Origin: Octopus vulgaris
Lineage: Eukaryota
DNA length: 64,000 bases
Assembly: GCA_951406725.2 (NCBI GenBank)
Contig: OX597817.1
Location: forward strand, 17,112,001 to 17,176,000
Direction of reading: 5' to 3'
Both the position numbers and the translations under genes were made by a program. Within the stretch, counting starts at the first letter, position 1; each line of letters opens with the position of its first letter. Shown piece after piece: positions 63,180 through 64,000 of this stretch. Under the pieces are notes generated by a model. The model was given only the letters and a program-made list of their open reading frames with translations, did no database searches and was not told the DNA's origin.

Positions 63180-64000
63180 TAGTAATATAAAGATGTCTGA
63201 TTTTGAAAATAAAACACACATACAAACACATATCAACTTTAGTATATTACTAGTATTTTATTCACACCACTGTAAAGAGATGAAAGGCAAAAATCATTGC
63301 TGGTGGGTTTTCATCTCAGGTCATAACTAGTTAATACAAGGTACCATTTCATTTGACATTCTACTATTCCTAGATATTCAATTATACAGATGGTGACCGT
63401 CTTCAATTTGTTGTTCTTGCTTAGCTCGAAGTTAGCCCTCCTTGTTTGTTCAGACATTATGAGCAAAGGTGTTTCAGGTATGACCAAATTGTCACATTGG
63501 ATAGTATAATCTTGAACCACATAGTATGGGATAACTTGAAGGAGAGTTAGCAGCTATTTCTAACAGATAAAGAATCTATGTAGAGACCACTTCAATACCT
63601 TCAGTTTATAGTTGTTATAGGTAGTAATTACTTCATTAATTGTATTGATACAACTAAGTTCTGTACTGGCAGAATTATAGTGACTCATAAAAGGCAATAA
63701 TAGGAATCTTTGTAATATTAAGAGCTTCAATTATAACAATGGTTTCTAATTTAAGCACAAGGTCAGAGATTTTGAAGAAAGGAACTTAGTTGATGCCATC
63801 AACCCCAGTATTAGACTGGTACTTTATCTTTATTGACCCCAAAGGTATGAAAGGCAAAACTGACCTTGGTAGAATTTGAATTCAGAAAATAAAAAAAAAG
63901 CAGAAGAAACATTGCATCTACCTTATTTTTTTTGCATAGGCACAAGACCAGAAATTTGAGGGGAGGGGTTAGTTGACTAAGTCAACTCCAGTACTTGACT

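Noticed and set aside
63311-63520. 69-aa - strand ORF as an exon of the putative third gene
   Set aside because: Overlaps a decayed dispersed repeat (similar sequence near 2260-2450 and 12110-12290); no clear splice sites

Overview
AT-rich, repeat-dense eukaryotic (animal) genomic DNA. The SINE families and (TA)n arrays look like those of Octopus (a recalled family resemblance, not a database result). Two complete spliced + strand genes can be assembled with GT-AG introns and consistent phases. One is a 6-exon DTWD2 (tRNA acp3U transferase, DGTW motif, about 251 aa, 25457-34675). The other is a 6-exon GRWD1/Rrb1 (WD40 ribosome-biogenesis/histone chaperone, about 429 aa, 39729-51356). A transposon-free stretch at about 57950-62400 looks like the long 3' UTR of a third gene on the - strand. 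The rest is a layered transposon landscape: a full-length decayed Hsmar1-like mariner, a mariner 3'-3' foldback, and a 5'-truncated L1/Tx1 LINE with a 17-bp TSD. It also holds Penelope, CRE, CR1, RTE, pogo and hAT remnants, piggyBac-type and GG-ended MITEs, four non-autonomous Helitrons and many SINE copies. The most notable observations are a DTWD2 proximal upstream region built from a MITE plus a divergent tRNA-like SINE head, long intronic hairpins and inverted SINE pairs (candidate dsRNA/ADAR/circRNA substrates), local templated duplications and hammerhead-like motifs. No prokaryotic system, CRISPR array or true tRNA/rRNA gene is supported.
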